IMG/VR virus record: IMGVR_UViG_2724679237_000005 | Location: 1 to 64,000 of that record | Origin: a virus | Lineage: Duplodnaviria; Heunggongvirae; Uroviricota; Caudoviricetes | Length of the DNA: 64,000 nucleotides | Reading direction: 5' to 3' (one strand) | Shown here: positions 1-8,983 of the stretch, in pieces | How positions within the stretch are numbered: position 1 is the stretch's first letter | Layout: each line of letters begins with the position of its first letter | Position numbers and translations under genes: made by a program | Notes under the pieces: model-generated | Seen by the model: the letters and a program-made list of their open reading frames with translations, nothing else | The model's database searches: none | Told to the model about the DNA's origin: nothing

Positions 1-31
1 AAGCAGGTCTTTAAATAAGCTCCCAGACCGA

Positions 32-298
32 TTACATCACCAGTAACTTCGCTTTGGCTCGACCTAAAGTGGTTAACCCAAGAGTTCGGCGGTGATAGCG
101 ATTGTCACTGCGTTGGCGCGTATGCCCTTTCTCCACCAGCCCCTTTTTTATCAGAGCGCGAATTGAGAACTGGATACTTTGCTTGGTTGTCTTGTACGGC
201 AAAACTTCAAGCAATTCGTCCAGATCAAGTAGATGACCTCGCTCATAACCGAGATTGAGCGTTTTGATGATGTCCTTTTGTTTATCGGTTAACGTCAT
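32..298 (-). CDS. small DNA-binding-like protein (winged-helix suspected), distal gene of the ParB-ABC-GNAT operon
   Basis: 88-aa ORF on the same strand, 9 nt after the GNAT-like ORF. The segment SIQFSIRALIKKGLVEKG looks like a wHTH recognition helix plus wing. No family recognised. Confidence 0.4.
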   Translation of the reverse strand: MTLTDKQKDIIKTLNLGYERGHLLDLDELLEVLPYKTTKQSIQFSIRALIKKGLVEKGHTRQRSDNRYHRRTLGLTTLGRAKAKLLVM

Positions 299-307
299 GG
301 CAAATCC

Positions 308-1198
308 TTATGCCGGTAAAGCAATTTCTAACGGTTTATCCAAAGGTTGTTTGTCGAATGCCAGCAGTGGCAGCGTGTCAGGCAGTCGACGACCAAAGTC
401 AGGGTTTCGGTACACACCATACAACGGAGACGTAAAGCTCAGGTTGTGAATGTCCTTGAGCAGCTTCACAATGCTGGCCTCGTCCACCAGACTGTCGGCA
501 ATGTCTTGAATTGTCGTGCCACGATTCCTCCCAGCTTTTGCCAGGGAACTGTTCTTGTGGTAGTCCGCCACCAGATCTCGCAGTGCACGGCGACGACGGG
601 ACTCGCTCATTGCGAACAACTCTTTGACGATCGCCTCGTTATCACCCGGGTCGGAACGGAAATGGCGCTGGAACACACGCAGTGCACTTTCATAGCTCTT
701 CGGTCGCTCAGGGCGGATGAACTTGAACCCTGCTTTCATGGCGAAGGGATTGTATTTGCTCATCGATGACTGGATCTCAATGATTGGCCGGTCATGCATC
801 CTGCTAACCAGGTTAATCATTCGATAAGAGACGCCTACGCCACGGTACTGGGTATCCACAACTGATCGACTGATCACCGCGAAGTTGTTATTCACGTACC
901 GACCCCAGTACTGGTTAGCCACGGTGGTATTAGTGGTTGGTTTCAACTTAGGAAACATGCGGTGGCGAGGTGCCAGCAGTAGTTTCGGGTAAGCCATAAC
1001 CACGACGCCCACCAGACGGTCATCAAGTTCGCAGCGATAGTAAGTTGGCGCGAAAGGTTTGCCGTCTGTTTTGTAGTGAAGCGACTTAAGAGCGTGCCAG
1101 TCCTCTACAGTTCCCCTTGTGACAGTCATTCGCTCCAGAAAGTCCAGATGACGCGGAAACTCTTCAGGGCGGTAGCGTTTAATGATGATGTCCGTCAT
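308..1198 (-). CDS. GNAT-like acetyltransferase-domain protein
   Basis: 296 aa. Its start overlaps the stop of the ATPase ORF (ATGA at 1195-1198). VVDTQYRGVGVSYRMINLV fits GNAT acetyl-CoA motif A (Q/R-x-x-G-x-G/A). The N-terminal ~90 aa are unassigned. Confidence 0.5.
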   Translation of the reverse strand: MTDIIIKRYRPEEFPRHLDFLERMTVTRGTVEDWHALKSLHYKTDGKPFAPTYYRCELDDRLVGVVVMAYPKLLLAPRHRMFPKLKPTTNTTVANQYWGRYVNNNFAVISRSVVDTQYRGVGVSYRMINLVSRMHDRPIIEIQSSMSKYNPFAMKAGFKFIRPERPKSYESALRVFQRHFRSDPGDNEAIVKELFAMSESRRRRALRDLVADYHKNSSLAKAGRNRGTTIQDIADSLVDEASIVKLLKDIHNLSFTSPLYGVYRNPDFGRRLPDTLPLLAFDKQPLDKPLEIALPA

Positions 1199-1860
1199 AA
1201 ATGAACCTCATCATGACTACCATTGTGATATTCCACCTTCACGCGTTCTTTGTAGTGCTTGGTGATCTGCATATCCGGGCGCAGCGCGTTCTTCAGGTCT
1301 TCGTGAGTCGTCGCCACCATTACCGTCGCACCAACCTTTCGAGCGGCACGCTGGAGGTTAGATGCCACAACCTGAGCGGTTACACGGTCTAGAACAGCAC
1401 CGAACTCGTCAGCAGCCCACACTTTAGCGCCTGACTCAATCAGTTTGGCAATCTTGAGACGATATTTCTGACCGTCTGACATTTCAGAAGGCTTGCGAAC
1501 AAACAGATATGCATCGTTCAGACCAGCCATAGATAACAACCCAAGCGCATCGCTGGTCGTTTTGCCCAACTGATCGATGACGTTAACCTCATTATCGAAG
1601 GTAAAATCATCGATGGAGGCTACAGACAGCCCTTCATCCTTCATCTGTCGTTGCAACTCGCGCAGCACAACGGATTTGCCGGAACCGGATTGGCCGGTGA
1701 TGTACACCACATCGCCCTGCTTCACTTCCAGCACCAGATTGTCGTAAAGCGTCCACTCTTTTTCGTCCAGGCCAAGCCCGAACGACTCAGCGATTTCCAA
1801 CGTGCGCGTGGTTTTATTTACGCGTGTCTGAAACGATACGTTGATGATGTATTTGCTCAT
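1195..1860 (-). CDS. soluble ABC-type ATPase
   Basis: 221 aa with Walker A GQSGSGKS, signature-like SDGQKYR, Walker B VWAADEF and H-loop TTHE. No TM partner. Overlaps both neighbours by 4 nt. Confidence 0.7.
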   Translation of the reverse strand: MSKYIINVSFQTRVNKTTRTLEIAESFGLGLDEKEWTLYDNLVLEVKQGDVVYITGQSGSGKSVVLRELQRQMKDEGLSVASIDDFTFDNEVNVIDQLGKTTSDALGLLSMAGLNDAYLFVRKPSEMSDGQKYRLKIAKLIESGAKVWAADEFGAVLDRVTAQVVASNLQRAARKVGATVMVATTHEDLKNALRPDMQITKHYKERVKVEYHNGSHDEVHL

Positions 1861-2525
1861 GCAGCCATCTCCCCGGAAGAGATCTTCTCCGCATATGCCA
1901 CAAATGCGTCTACCCCGCTTTCTCCCGTCATTTCTTCCATATGGGCAAGCAAATCACCAACAACAATGGCAGAGCCAGCAGGGAGCGTTTTAAAGCCCAA
2001 TACGTCGACAACACGTACTTCTTCCGCTGCAACTTCACGACTGATCTCGGTGTGTTCATCCTTCTGTCGTTTAGTTTCTTCGCCAAGATCGATAACTAGC
2101 GAGTCGGTGTCCATTTCTTCTGTCATACTGCCAACGAGAACATTCAACTCACGCTCTTCAAAGCCGAAAACCTCGATATCGTCCAGAACAAGCGACTCAA
2201 GCTCTTTCTGTAGCTTAATTGCATCGTAATCAATGCTGGCAAGTCGGTTATCTTCAAGGCGCTTCGCACGAACCTCGTCATCACTGAGATCATCGCGAAC
2301 AATAACCGGTACGCGCTCAAGTCCAGCAAAAATTGCAGCCTCACGGCGGCCATGACCAGTAATAATTACGTCGTTCTTATCGACCGTAATTGGCTGGTCA
2401 AATCCGCGCTTTTTAATGGCTGCGGCCAGATCTCTGATCTGCTGTTCATCATGCTTTTTGGCATTCATCTCATAGGGAATAAGATCTGCCGGGTCGCGAT
2501 ATACGATTTCAAACTTTTTGGTCAT
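1857..2525 (-). CDS. ParB/Srx-like nuclease-domain protein 1
   Basis: ATG at 2525 (MTKKFEIVYRDPADL) is preferred over the in-frame ATG at 2558. ParB-type motif ITGHGRREAAIFAGLERVPVIV. Acidic C-terminal half. Confidence 0.7.
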   Translation of the reverse strand: MTKKFEIVYRDPADLIPYEMNAKKHDEQQIRDLAAAIKKRGFDQPITVDKNDVIITGHGRREAAIFAGLERVPVIVRDDLSDDEVRAKRLEDNRLASIDYDAIKLQKELESLVLDDIEVFGFEERELNVLVGSMTEEMDTDSLVIDLGEETKRQKDEHTEISREVAAEEVRVVDVLGFKTLPAGSAIVVGDLLAHMEEMTGESGVDAFVAYAEKISSGEMAA

Positions 2526-3205
2526 TACATACGCTCCTTGTAGTAGTCGACCAGCCACACCAGAGCCTCACCAGCGTTCTCCATTTCATTACCGGTGTTA
2601 ATAGCCTGCTCTTTGATGATGTTTTTTATGGTTTCTGCAACACGATCTGACGCATCGAAGGTTACTTTGAAGCGCATGGTCTGATGTTCCGCACCGACAC
2701 GCTCGGTTTTCTCTCGTTTGTCGGTATCGACAGGCTCATCACTACCACGAGACAACGCCTCCAGTGCTTCAAGGTCGATTGCCGCCTCTTTTGCTAAAAC
2801 CATCGAGATTTCGTCGTCATACGGGGCGATTTCAGACAGTTGATAGTCAAGTTCTGACTGAATTTCTTCAATGAAGCGTTGCAATGCGATTTGGTCGTCT
2901 TCACCGTATCGCTCGTTGTCCACCAGTGACATCTGTTTTGCCACGACATCGCTAATTTTGCCCACAGAAAGCACTGGAACCGTTGAAATTCCTTGCTCAA
3001 TAGCGGCACGCCAGCGATGTTCGCCGCCGAGGATTTCAAAAAATCCATCTTCAAGTTCACGAGCCAAAATTGGCTTAAAAAAGCCCAATTTTTCGATAGA
3101 ACCTTTCAGTTTTTCAAAATTCTGCGCACCAACCGAATTGGTGTTCCAGGTATTCGGGCGAAGGTTGGCAACATCAACCTGCAAAATCGTGATTTTTACA
3201 TCCAT
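2525..3205 (-). CDS. ParB/Srx-like nuclease-domain protein 2
   Basis: ATG at 3205 (MDVKITILQVDV); a GTG at 3223 is also possible. Motif ILGGEHRWRAAIEQGISTVPVLSV. The stop shares nt 2525 with the next ORF's start. Confidence 0.7.
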   Translation of the reverse strand: MDVKITILQVDVANLRPNTWNTNSVGAQNFEKLKGSIEKLGFFKPILARELEDGFFEILGGEHRWRAAIEQGISTVPVLSVGKISDVVAKQMSLVDNERYGEDDQIALQRFIEEIQSELDYQLSEIAPYDDEISMVLAKEAAIDLEALEALSRGSDEPVDTDKREKTERVGAEHQTMRFKVTFDASDRVAETIKNIIKEQAINTGNEMENAGEALVWLVDYYKERM

Positions 3206-3223
3206 TTTATTGCTACAATACAC

Positions 3224-3241
3224 TAAGTAATCACTTACTTA
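3224..3241. promoter_or_regulatory. B-type palindromic operator-like motif
   Basis: taagtaatcacttactta lies in the 82-bp divergent region between the ParB operon and the helicase gene. It belongs to the dispersed ATAGGTAAG-N2-4-CTTACCTAT family. Confidence 0.55.
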
Positions 3242-3287
3242 TTATAATAGCCAAATAACATACAAAAGGCACTAAGGAAAGAGGTTT

Positions 3288-4847
3288 ATGACTGTTCGGA
3301 TTGTATCTAACGCAGTAAATGCGCTTATTTCTGGCGCAGATGACAAGGTAAAGCAACTGGTGCAGCAAATGTTGAGCTACGAAGTCGAGACTGGCGACTG
3401 GAAGGGCACAAGCACGATGTTCAACTGGAGTAAAAACTCGTTCCCTGCTGGCTTTGCCAAGCCTGTAGCGGCGAACTTGAACAAGTCGGGCATCAAATGT
3501 GTTCATATCCGCAAAGACAAAGCCCCGGCGCTTGGAAAGCCAAATCCGGCGGTTAACCCATTCCCATACAATCCTGATTATGCATATCAGGATCAGGCTG
3601 TGGAAACACTAGTTCGCGAGGGAATGATGATTGCCCAGATCGCTACTGGTGGTGGGAAATCTAACGTTGCCTGCAAAGCAGCTGCACGTATCGGTCGAAT
3701 GACATTATTTTTAACAACCCGCTCTGTTCTGATGTTTCAAATGGCCGAAAACTTCCAGAGGTCCATCGACTACCGCGCCGAAAATGGCGAACCGTGGTTA
3801 AAAGACCAAAAGGTTGGAGTCATTGGCTCGGGTGAGTTCCAGGTATCACGACATATCAACGTCGCTACAGTTCAAACTCTTGCAAGTTTCCTCGAAGAAC
3901 CACCACGCGATGCAACACCAGATAAGAAAAGCTACCACCTCAAACGTCGGGAGTTGGTGAAACGCTTCCTTTCAAGTGTCTCTCTTCTTATTCTGGAAGA
4001 GGCGCATGAGTCTTCAGGCTCAAATTTCTATGACATCGCCAGATTATGTGTGAACGCAGACTATCGTCTGGCGCTTACAGCCACGCCGTTCATGAAGGAT
4101 TCGACGGAAGCCAACATGCGCCTGATGGCGGTGGCCGGGCGAATTGAAATTAAAGTCACAGAAAAGTACCTGATTGATCGAGGCATTCTGGCAAAGCCGT
4201 ACTTCCTTTATCATAAAGTTGCCTACAAGCCAGACGAGGCCAGAATCAAGGCCGAACTTGCCAACAAACACCTCAATTTTAGAGTTGGTATGAGCACCGC
4301 CTACCAAAAGGCTTATCAGTTGGGGATCGTGTATAATTTGGGACGTAACGAGGCCATAGTGCGCGAGGCATTGCTTTATAAGCAACATTCACTCAACTGC
4401 ATGACTCTGGTTCGTCTTAAACGCCACGGGCAAATCCTGATGGAGATGATGAAGGAGTCAGGTCTTAGAGTTGATTTCATCTATGGGGAATCTAACCAGA
4501 CGACAAGGCAAGCAAAGCTGAACAGTTTAGCGTCTGGCGAAATAGATGTTTTAATAGGCTCGACTATTCTGGATGTCGGTGTTGATGTGCCAAGTGTGGG
4601 CGCGGTCATTCTTGCTGGTGGTGGGAAAGCAGAAGTTGAAATGAGACAGCGTGTCGGTCGTGGCTTACGAGCCAAGAAGAATCAGGCAAACGTGTGTTTT
4701 ATCACTGATTTCATTGACATTAGCAACAAATACCTGTTGTCTCACTCTTATGAGCGAAAACACATCATCGACACCACACCTGGCTTTGCAGAAGGTGTAT
4801 TGCCTATTGATGGAGCATTCGATTTTGGAGTTCTGAAACGAGATTAG
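3288..4847 (+). CDS. superfamily-2 DEAD/DEAH-like helicase
   Basis: 519 aa. Motif I ATGGGKS, motif II LILEEAHE, motif III LTATP, motif VI RQRVGRGLR. SD aggaaagagg lies upstream of the ATG. Confidence 0.8.
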   Translation: MTVRIVSNAVNALISGADDKVKQLVQQMLSYEVETGDWKGTSTMFNWSKNSFPAGFAKPVAANLNKSGIKCVHIRKDKAPALGKPNPAVNPFPYNPDYAYQDQAVETLVREGMMIAQIATGGGKSNVACKAAARIGRMTLFLTTRSVLMFQMAENFQRSIDYRAENGEPWLKDQKVGVIGSGEFQVSRHINVATVQTLASFLEEPPRDATPDKKSYHLKRRELVKRFLSSVSLLILEEAHESSGSNFYDIARLCVNADYRLALTATPFMKDSTEANMRLMAVAGRIEIKVTEKYLIDRGILAKPYFLYHKVAYKPDEARIKAELANKHLNFRVGMSTAYQKAYQLGIVYNLGRNEAIVREALLYKQHSLNCMTLVRLKRHGQILMEMMKESGLRVDFIYGESNQTTRQAKLNSLASGEIDVLIGSTILDVGVDVPSVGAVILAGGGKAEVEMRQRVGRGLRAKKNQANVCFITDFIDISNKYLLSHSYERKHIIDTTPGFAEGVLPIDGAFDFGVLKRD

Positions 4848-4849
4848 TT

Positions 4850-5128
4850 ATGAGCGAAAAGAAAACAACTTATTGCCAAGTGGCATTGTCTGATAAGGCC
4901 AATGAAAAACTTGGAAAATTTCAAATAAAACTCAAAGAGAAAAAAATCAAGATGTCTAAGGCTGAAGTTATCAATGCCATTCTGGAGACGATGACTATGG
5001 CTGAATTTGACAAAGTCACATCTGCCGTTGGGGTTTCCGCTAAGACGCGTGAGAAAATCATGCGCATCTATGAGAACTCCAATATGACAAAAAAAGATCT
5101 AGAGGAAATACTGAGCAGGTTGCCGTAA
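4850..5128 (+). CDS. hypothetical Lys-rich protein (possible ribbon-helix-helix)
   Basis: 92-aa ORF starting 2 nt after the helicase stop. The TYCQVALSDKANEKL pattern is a weak RHH-like hint only. Confidence 0.4.
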   Translation: MSEKKTTYCQVALSDKANEKLGKFQIKLKEKKIKMSKAEVINAILETMTMAEFDKVTSAVGVSAKTREKIMRIYENSNMTKKDLEEILSRLP

Positions 5129-5193
5129 CATTTCATATTTACCCCCTATCTACTAATTCTATGATGTGCTCACTTGTTAGAAAGGAGCACATC

Positions 5194-5760
5194 ATGAGTT
5201 GGTTAAAAGAATTATCATTTGTTGACACCACTGGCGCTAAGAAAAATCATTCTTTCTGGAAAGTCAGCGATCCTTCTGATTTTCTTGTTGGTGCTAATGC
5301 TGCTTTTGAATTGCTTAACTTTTATCAACGTTATCCTGAAATGAAACACAGTCCACTCCTGTACAGAATAACAAACGATATGAATAGGTCTGGTTTATTA
5401 TCAAGTGAGTCAGCGAAAGGCTTTTTTAGCAAAATTACGCCACACATATCATTCGATTCAGCAAACGAAATTGATTATCTACCCACGAAACCTCAAGAAC
5501 AATTATCTGTACCACCTGAGAAAAAAGAAAGACGAATTGCCAGCATTGAAAATATATCGAAAGAGCTTCGCACAACAACGTTGAGGCTGCTGAACTTTCT
5601 TACGCTACTTAATTGGATAGATGATCAAACATTGATTCCATCAACCGATGCGTTGGATAACAGAGTCCTTAGGCTGAACAAAAAATCGCAATTTGGTTTT
5701 GTGTTCACCAAAAAAGGTGAAGATTTAATCAAAAGAAAATATAGATTATTGAATGATTAA
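5194..5760 (+). CDS. hypothetical protein (AT-rich island)
   Basis: ATG at 5194 follows SD aaggag. The upstream in-frame ATGs at 5161/5164 lie inside an 11-bp hairpin arm. No recognisable motifs. Confidence 0.5.
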   Translation: MSWLKELSFVDTTGAKKNHSFWKVSDPSDFLVGANAAFELLNFYQRYPEMKHSPLLYRITNDMNRSGLLSSESAKGFFSKITPHISFDSANEIDYLPTKPQEQLSVPPEKKERRIASIENISKELRTTTLRLLNFLTLLNWIDDQTLIPSTDALDNRVLRLNKKSQFGFVFTKKGEDLIKRKYRLLND

Positions 5761-5766
5761 TAGTCT

Positions 5767-5796
5767 ACATGCAGGTGTATGAGAGCACCTGCATGT
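5767..5796 (+). terminator. hairpin after the 5194-5760 ORF
   Basis: acatgcaggtg / cacctgcatgt is an 11-bp perfect stem with an 8-nt loop. The T-run is displaced by ~14 nt, so intrinsic-terminator function is uncertain. Confidence 0.45.
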
Positions 5797-5905
5797 GACA
5801 TTCATCACATTTTTTGAAGTACACACCTCCGGCTGAAAAAATTTCTTGATTGGCTGAACGATATTTGTAGGCTTTTCAATTGATAACTAATGTCGGATAC
5901 TGTAG

Positions 5906-6394
5906 ATGAGTATTTCTATAAACAAAATAATTAACTCTTTACGACATAAAATATCACATGGAAAAGATGCTCTTTTTAAAGACAAATATTATCTATTCAA
6001 CTTAGAGCCGTACAAATGTACAAAATTTTATATCACTCGGAACCGTAAATATTCAGTTTCAATCACAAAAGACATGAAGAAAATCTCTTCAGAAGAGTAC
6101 TTCATATCACATATTTATATCTACCCATTTAAATTAGAACCATTAAATATAATTCTTCCAACAATAAAAGGGGTTGAACTTGAAGGTTATACTTTAAGCT
6201 CTAACTTTAATGATATGGGTGTACAAAAACCAGGGACAAGGTCATACTACGCCTACAAAGTAAAATGCAATAACTACAACGCACTTAACATGCTAATCAG
6301 CAAACTTGAAACGGAGATAGTCGAAGGAAATCTAAATGATGATCATGAAAAATTAGAACAAATAGAAAAACTTAGAAAGTGTGATGTTAAATAA
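5906..6394 (+). CDS. hypothetical protein (AT-rich island)
   Basis: 162-aa ORF, very AT-rich and Lys/Asn/Ile-rich. No motif recognised. Confidence 0.5.
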   Translation: MSISINKIINSLRHKISHGKDALFKDKYYLFNLEPYKCTKFYITRNRKYSVSITKDMKKISSEEYFISHIYIYPFKLEPLNIILPTIKGVELEGYTLSSNFNDMGVQKPGTRSYYAYKVKCNNYNALNMLISKLETEIVEGNLNDDHEKLEQIEKLRKCDVK

Positions 6395-6409
6395 TTGGAT
6401 TATCATGAT

Positions 6410-7009
6410 ATGAAAATGAAACTTTCGTTACTCCTTGCTTGTATATGCCTCCCGGCGTTTTCCGCCAACGCATTATCAGATTTCGTCTCTGACATGCAAA
6501 AAACGTACAGCATGTTTACCTCCGAAGACGTAGTAGAATACAAATCACGAGGTCTGAATCAGCCAGTTTGGTTCAGATTCTCAGACAACGCAGAAGAAAC
6601 AATACTTAATGGAGGAAAAGAAAGATTACGGTTGCAAATTAACGGGACCGCTGTACCAGAAAACGTTAATGTAAGCTCTGACGAAGCCATGAAGCCATCT
6701 GGAATTGTTTTAGAAGTTCAAGACGGCACACTTTACTGTGATGAAATGGCTACAACAGGTTGCCAAGTAAACATTAGGGTTGGCAATGAAGAGCCTATCG
6801 TTACTTACGCCAAGGCTGAAGGGAATACAAGTGGAAAGGTATTGTTTATCGATGAAAATATCTCAAAACGTATCGTTCGTGACATACAGAAAACAGCTAA
6901 CTCTAAATCCGTCGATAAAAAAATCTATGTTGAGGTTCCCTTCTTTGTCGTTGGTAACAAAGAATTTAAATTTGGGTTGCTGAAAACACCTCTAAGAGTA
7001 TCAGAATGA
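6410..7009 (+). CDS. exported protein (signal peptide; possible lipoprotein)
   Basis: ATG at 6410 gives MKMKLSLLLACICLPAFSANA. This reads as a signal peptide with either an LLAC lipobox or an ANA cleavage site. The stop overlaps the next ORF (ATGA). Confidence 0.6.
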   Translation: MKMKLSLLLACICLPAFSANALSDFVSDMQKTYSMFTSEDVVEYKSRGLNQPVWFRFSDNAEETILNGGKERLRLQINGTAVPENVNVSSDEAMKPSGIVLEVQDGTLYCDEMATTGCQVNIRVGNEEPIVTYAKAEGNTSGKVLFIDENISKRIVRDIQKTANSKSVDKKIYVEVPFFVVGNKEFKFGLLKTPLRVSE

Positions 7010-7530
7010 GAACATTGGACATCACCTACGGCATACCGGCTGAAGTCTGGCCGCGAGACTACGAACATGCTGAAAACATACTTATGTTCTGGCGGAAGAA
7101 CAACATTCCTGTAAGAGTCACGCTTGAAGACGGTCAGGTGTTTTGCATGTACGTTCAGGGGACAATGCCTTCCCGCAATAAGCTAGATTTATGCCCGCTT
7201 CCATATGATAAAGAAAATCGTATAAGACTCCCACTTGAGCGCATTAGCACAATTGAATCAGGTGTAATCGATGGCATTGCTCGCGAGTTCAAAGGTAGGC
7301 TAACAATACATCCAGACTATGTTGACAATCAGCCATCACGCCGTGACTTTTTTGCGATATGTCGCAAGGCTTATCAAAACGACCAATCTATAAGGGTCTA
7401 CATGGCAGACGGTCGTGAAATTGAAGGGGTGTCAAGAGGCGTTGATGCTTGCCAGGTCACTCTTAAGTTAGAAGACGGCAGAAAAATACTTGTTTTCTTC
7501 GATTGGGTCGAACGAATCCTTCCATTTTAA
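7006..7530 (+). CDS. protein with two Rof (Rho-binding antiterminator)-like repeats
   Basis: 174 aa. Two segments (DYEHAENILMFWRKNNIPVRVTLEDGQVF...IRLPLERISTIES and DFFAICRKAYQNDQSIRVYMADGREIEG...ILVFFDWVERI) resemble E. coli Rof as I remember it (DYDNLELAC..LTLELKDGEKLQ...LRLDKITSF). Confidence 0.45.
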   Translation: MRTLDITYGIPAEVWPRDYEHAENILMFWRKNNIPVRVTLEDGQVFCMYVQGTMPSRNKLDLCPLPYDKENRIRLPLERISTIESGVIDGIAREFKGRLTIHPDYVDNQPSRRDFFAICRKAYQNDQSIRVYMADGREIEGVSRGVDACQVTLKLEDGRKILVFFDWVERILPF

Positions 7531-7542
7531 ATCTATAAGGGT

Positions 7543-7572
7543 AATAACCGGCTAAGCCCGGTTATTATTTTA
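7543..7572 (+). terminator. rho-independent terminator
   Basis: aataaccgg-ctaagc-ccggttatt is a 9-bp stem followed by attttac. Confidence 0.8.
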
Positions 7573-7722
7573 CATGCCATTCATTTAAAACTCTTTCAAC
7601 GCCACTCTGTATAAATATATAAGGTTAAAGGCCCGAATTGATTATTTATTTAGGGAACACCTTCGACGATCTCGCTTTTATTTCTAGGACTTTCACCCCT
7701 GCAAGAAATTTAAAAAAAATAC

Positions 7723-7750
7723 TTGCAATCTTTTTTCACGTATCGATAAT
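7723..7750 (+). promoter_or_regulatory. sigma70-type promoter of the 7826-8978 operon
   Basis: TTGCAA, 16 nt, GATAAT, preceded by an A8 tract (UP-like). Confidence 0.6.
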
Positions 7751-7825
7751 TGAACTCGTCGAAAGCGAGCTAGCTAACGACAGTAAAAAATAAATTCATT
7801 TTAATTTTTCGTAAGGATGTCCATC

Positions 7826-8476
7826 ATGGCTAACATTATCATTTCTAAAAAGTCCATCATTGAAGCTGCATCTATTGTATCCGACGAGCTGCGCGAAAAA
7901 GCAGATCTGGCAACTCAAACATATAACGAACATTATAAAAATGGTACGCACACTAAAGCAGACAAAGCAAATATGCAAGCTGCGACCACTAAACTTGCTT
8001 ACTTCATCAACAACGTTGTAAACGCTGTAGAAGACGAAAAATTATGCTCTGTTTTCTACTATGCGATTAAAGCAAGCAAACAAGCGCCAGAAGTATTTTT
8101 CCGTGATGCAATGACTAATAGTTATTCTCTGGAAAAACTGGTTTATCTGGTTAAATCAATTAAATCTGGTAAATGCGTTTATTCCATCGCTGATATGTCA
8201 GGATCTCGTGTATTCGCTTTAATCGATATGATTAACGACGAGATCGACACGTTCACCAATGGCGCTGTTTTCGATTTAATGAATGAAGCTAAAAAAGCGT
8301 GCGAAATTAAATTGGACGCTGGCTATACTCAAGCTAACCAGCTAATCAATCTTTGCGAACGTCTCGGACTTGTTGAGAAAGTCAAAGGAATGGGAAGCGC
8401 CAAAGCTGGTACACAGCAATATCGCTTTATCAAGAATGATTTCTACAATTATCTAGCTGACGCTTTCAAAGCGTAA
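7826..8476 (+). CDS. hypothetical protein
   Basis: ATG at 7826 lies 9 nt after SD aagga. 216 aa, helical-looking, no motif recognised. Confidence 0.55.
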   Translation: MANIIISKKSIIEAASIVSDELREKADLATQTYNEHYKNGTHTKADKANMQAATTKLAYFINNVVNAVEDEKLCSVFYYAIKASKQAPEVFFRDAMTNSYSLEKLVYLVKSIKSGKCVYSIADMSGSRVFALIDMINDEIDTFTNGAVFDLMNEAKKACEIKLDAGYTQANQLINLCERLGLVEKVKGMGSAKAGTQQYRFIKNDFYNYLADAFKA

Positions 8477-8524
8477 TTAATGGAATTAAGCGCCCATAGT
8501 GGGCGCTTTAAAGGAGCTTTAAAG

Positions 8525-8728
8525 ATGGTCAGCTATGACAAGATCCGCGCGGAATATCGCGCAAAGTATCGCGCTTATAAACTGGAATTAATCGATGATT
8601 TGATCGCGCAACGCGACCAATTAAATTTTACGTTTTCTGATTTGCTTAACAGCAAGCGAGATTGCAAGCGTAAACGTGAATACTTACGTTTAAGCACATT
8701 AATCGGAAAACTTCAAAATTCTATTTAA
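8525..8728 (+). CDS. hypothetical small protein
   Basis: ATG at 8525 follows SD aaaggagc. The upstream part of the tracked ORF crosses a hairpin at 8489-8507. 67 aa. Confidence 0.5.
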   Translation: MVSYDKIRAEYRAKYRAYKLELIDDLIAQRDQLNFTFSDLLNSKRDCKRKREYLRLSTLIGKLQNSI

Positions 8729-8747
8729 TTTTTTAAGGAGCTTAATC

Positions 8748-8978
8748 ATGTTTGTTCTTATCGCTGGCGTTAACGTCCATAATGAATATTATGTTAATCG
8801 CATCGCTGGGATCGCTGGTTACGCTGGGCGCACAGTCGAGCTTATAGATGAAACGACGCGCAAAATTGACTTATTGAGCGACCAGGAGCGAAAAAAAGCA
8901 GACGTGAACGACGCTGATATATTTTTAATGTTAAAAGCGTTTGTAGAAATGGGATTTAAAATCAGTTTACACAAATAA
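8748..8978 (+). CDS. hypothetical small protein
   Basis: 76 aa. SD taaggagc lies 7 nt upstream. Confidence 0.5.
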   Translation: MFVLIAGVNVHNEYYVNRIAGIAGYAGRTVELIDETTRKIDLLSDQERKKADVNDADIFLMLKAFVEMGFKISLHK

Positions 8979-8983
8979 AATCG

